Part shown: one piece after another, positions 61,701 through 64,000 of the stretch
How positions within the stretch are numbered: the stretch's first letter is position 1
Layout: each line of letters starts with the position of its first letter
Origin: Macrostomum lignano
Lineage: Eukaryota
NCBI GenBank assembly: GCA_002269645.1
Contig: NIVC01001247.1
Span: forward strand, 158,928-222,927
Direction of reading: 5' to 3'
DNA length: 64,000 nt
The notes under the pieces: generated by a model
What the model was told of the DNA's origin: nothing
Seen by the model: only the letters and a program-made list of their open reading frames with translations
Databases searched by the model: none
Translations under genes and position numbers: made by a program

Positions 61701-64000
61701 GAGTTCTATCCATTCTTACTGATGAGTTCTACCCATTCTCGTTGATGAGTTCTACCCATTCTTACTGAGAGTTCTTTCCATTCTTACTGAGAGTTCTACC
61801 CATTCTTACTGAGAGTTCTACCCGTTTCAACTGAGTAATTCTAACCTTATCAAATTACCCTATTGAATAAAGCAGCCTTCGCCCACAACAAAAACTTCCA
61901 GGTGCTAATGACCCGAGTAAAAAACTTCACCGTATTAATTAAAAACAGCGTGGAATTTCCCAAATTCAAAGTGAAGCGTCGCAACATTCTGTCCTCGATG
62001 ACTGACAGATACTTGAAGACGTGCAAATACAGTCCGGACAGTCCAGTTGATAAATACTGTCCGATATTTCGTTTGGGTGACATCATCAAGTACGGACAGT
62101 CTATCAGTCAGGAGGCTGCGAAACAAATTTGGATCACAGGAGGTGAGACTACTACTGATAAGTATTTGGCGTAAAGATAAATATTAATCTAATTAAGATC
62201 TGAGATACGAGAGGCGCTGACTTGGGTGAAGTGTGACTTGGGTGAAGTGTGACTTGAGTGAAGTGTGACTTGGGTGAAGTGTGACTTGGGTGAAGAGTGG
62301 CTTGGGTGAAGTGTGGCTTGGGTGAAGTGTGGCTTGGGTGAAGTGTGGCTTGGGTGAAGTGTGGCTTGGGTGAAGTGTGGCTTGGGTGAAGTGAGGCTTG
62401 GGTGAAGTGTGGCTTGGGTGAAGTGAGGCTTGGGTGAAGTGAGGCTTGGGTGAAGTGTGGCTTGGGTGAAGTGTGGCTTGGGTGAAGTGTGGCTTGGGTG
62501 AAGTGTGGCTTGGGTGAAGTGTGGCTTGGGTGAAGTGAGGCTTGGGTGAAGTGAGGCTTGGGTGAAGAGTGGCTTGGGTGAAGTGTGGCTTGGGTGAAGT
62601 GAGGCTTGGGTGAAGTGAGGCTTGGGTGAAGTGTGGCTTGGGTGAAGTGAGGCTTGGGTGAAGTGAGGCTTGGGTGAAGAGTGGCTTGGGTGAAGTGTGG
62701 CTTGGGTGAAGTGAGGCTTGGGTGAAGAGTGACTTGGGTGAAGTGTGACTTGGGTGAAGTGTGACTTGGGTGAAGAGTGACTTGGGCGAAGTGTGAACAA
62801 GAACCTAGGTGACGTGTGGCTTGTGTGAAGAGTGACTTGTGTGAAGAGTGACTGGGGTTAAGAGTGACTTGGGTGAAGAGTGACTAGGGGAAGAGTGGCT
62901 TGGGTGAAGTGTGGCTTGGGTGAAGAGTGACTTGTGTGAAGAGTGACTGGGTTAAGAGTGACTTGGGTGAAGAGTGACTAGGGGGAAGAGTGGCTTGGGT
63001 GAAGTGTGGCTTGGGTGAAGTGTGAACCAAGAACCTAGGTGAAGTGTGGCTTGGGTGAAGAGTGACTTGGGTGAAGAGTGACTTGGTTGAAGAGTGACTA
63101 GGGGGAAGAGTGGCTTGGGTGAAGAGTGACTGGGGTGAAGAGTGAGTCTTTTTTGTCCTATGAACCTGTGAACGGTGAATAGGGGCTCTATAAGAAGTCA
63201 ATTAATAAGTAATTATGATATTCTTGCAGGCATGGTGGCTATCGATATTCACTGGGAATGTAACTTCGACTTCGACGAAGAGCACTGCAACCGGACTACA
63301 GATTTCGGAGTCTGGAGGACGGCAAAGTCGGTCAGGGTTGGAATTTTCGGTCAGTAATTAAGCATGTAGCTGTCGTTTTGATTTTGCGTAATTTTCTGCA
63401 CTTACTACTTAGGTAAAAACGAATAGTATAGCGGTACGTGTCGAGTTGAACAACTAATCCCTAAAATCTTGTTTTTAAAATCTAAACCTCCATTTAAACA
63501 CATTTTTGTAAACACAAATTCTAAACCACAATATAAATACACACTGTAAACACACATTATAGAGTCTAGACCACCATTTAAATACACACTGTAAACACAC
63601 ATTCTAAACCACAATATAAATAAACACTGTAAACACACATTCTAAACCACAATATAAATACACACTGTAAACACACATTATAGAGTCTAGACCACCATTT
63701 AAATACACACTGTAAACACACATTCTAAACCACAATATAAATACACACTGTAAACACACATTTTAAACCATTGAGTGTTTCGTAGTTTCTAATTTTATTT
63801 GAAAAAAATAAGCAGAAACTAATCGCATGAATCGACGGTTTAATTGCATTTTATTTCATTGAATTTTAGTTAATTATCCTCAACCAATTTCTTTTTCTTC
63901 AGTCACGCCTATCACTACGAAGAGAATGGCGTTCACAAGCGCACATTGGTGAAAGCTTTCGGCATTCAATTCTTTATCAGCGTCACGGGCCGAGGCGGAA
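52791..64000 (+). CDS. P2RX: P2X purinoceptor (ATP-gated cation channel), 3'-incomplete, with a 1-nt frameshift in exon 5
   Basis: Exons 52791-52998, 56411-56591, 57186-57351, 61902-62142, 63230-63349, 63903->64000. Motifs: EYETQK (YxTxK), GVTTKLKG, RIWDVADWAIPPQ, TGRC..CEIYGWCPTE, NFTVLIKNSVEFPKF, CPIFRLGDI, IHWECNFD, GWNFR, RTLVKAFGI. All ten ectodomain cysteines are present. Confidence 0.95.
53010..54600. repeat. 27-bp polypurine minisatellite (GAAGGGAGAAGAGATGAAGGGACAGGG), P2X intron 1
   Basis: Begins about 10 nt after the donor at 52998. Confidence 0.96.
55320..55655. repeat. 24-bp minisatellite (TGGCGCCTATGAGACACCCAGAAC), about 14 copies
   Basis: Seen directly (LAPMRHPE period in the artefactual ORF). 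Confidence 0.94.
55935..56340. repeat. About 23-bp purine-rich minisatellite (AGAAGAGAGAGGGAAGAGTCACG)
   Basis: Seen directly, just upstream of P2X exon 2. Confidence 0.93.
56632..57110. repeat. 16-bp G-rich minisatellite (GGGTGTGGAGTGAGGT), P2X intron 2
   Basis: Seen directly. Fills most of the intron. Confidence 0.95.
57535..58400. repeat. 16-bp C-rich minisatellite (CTCACTCCTCACCCAC), P2X intron 3
   Basis: Seen directly. The reverse complement of the unit is GGGTGAGGAGTGAGGT. Confidence 0.96.
59026..61826. repeat. 22-23-bp minisatellite (TTCTACCCCTTCTTACTGAGAG), about 2.8 kb, P2X intron 3
   Basis: Seen directly. Variants CTGATGAG and CTCGTTGATGAG recur in blocks. Confidence 0.97.
62218..63145. 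repeat. 16-bp G-rich minisatellite (GGGTGAAGTG(T/A)GGCTT), P2X intron 4
   Basis: Seen directly. Confidence 0.96.
63495..63770. repeat. A/C-rich tandem repeat (AAACACACATTCTAAACCACAATATAAATACACACTGT-type), P2X intron 5
   Basis: Seen directly, with longer alternating variants. Confidence 0.9.

Noticed and set aside
62218-63145. Interstitial telomeric repeat
   Set aside because: The unit is a 16-mer containing TTGGG, not tandem TTAGGG.

Overview
This is eukaryotic (metazoan) genomic DNA, not prokaryotic. The minisatellite-laden introns are reminiscent of a free-living flatworm such as Macrostomum, which is an inference only. I rebuilt three spliced genes by hand from GT-AG junctions with consistent phases: a STRA6-like membrane receptor (minus, about 720 aa), a complete 17-exon RasGRF (minus, about 1536 aa), and a P2X receptor (plus, running off the window end, with a 1-nt frameshift in coding exon 5). 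There are three single-coding-exon genes: a small signal-peptide/KR prohormone-like ORF, a RIMBP-family coiled-coil/FN3/SH3 protein with a 7x28-aa repeat, and ZC3H10. Mobile DNA comprises a full-length 3.8-kb Chapaev/Transib (RAG1-related) DNA transposon with 124-bp TIRs, TTAA TSD and intact transposase, a 1053-bp solo LTR with CCAG TSD, CORE-type and tRNA-derived SINE fragments, and a probable Crypton remnant. About 25 distinct tandem arrays cover roughly 17 kb by my tally, and most long ORFs in the supplied track are artefacts of them. The most striking unexplained structure is a pair of mutually inverted 16-bp minisatellite arrays bracketing the P2X head-domain exon.
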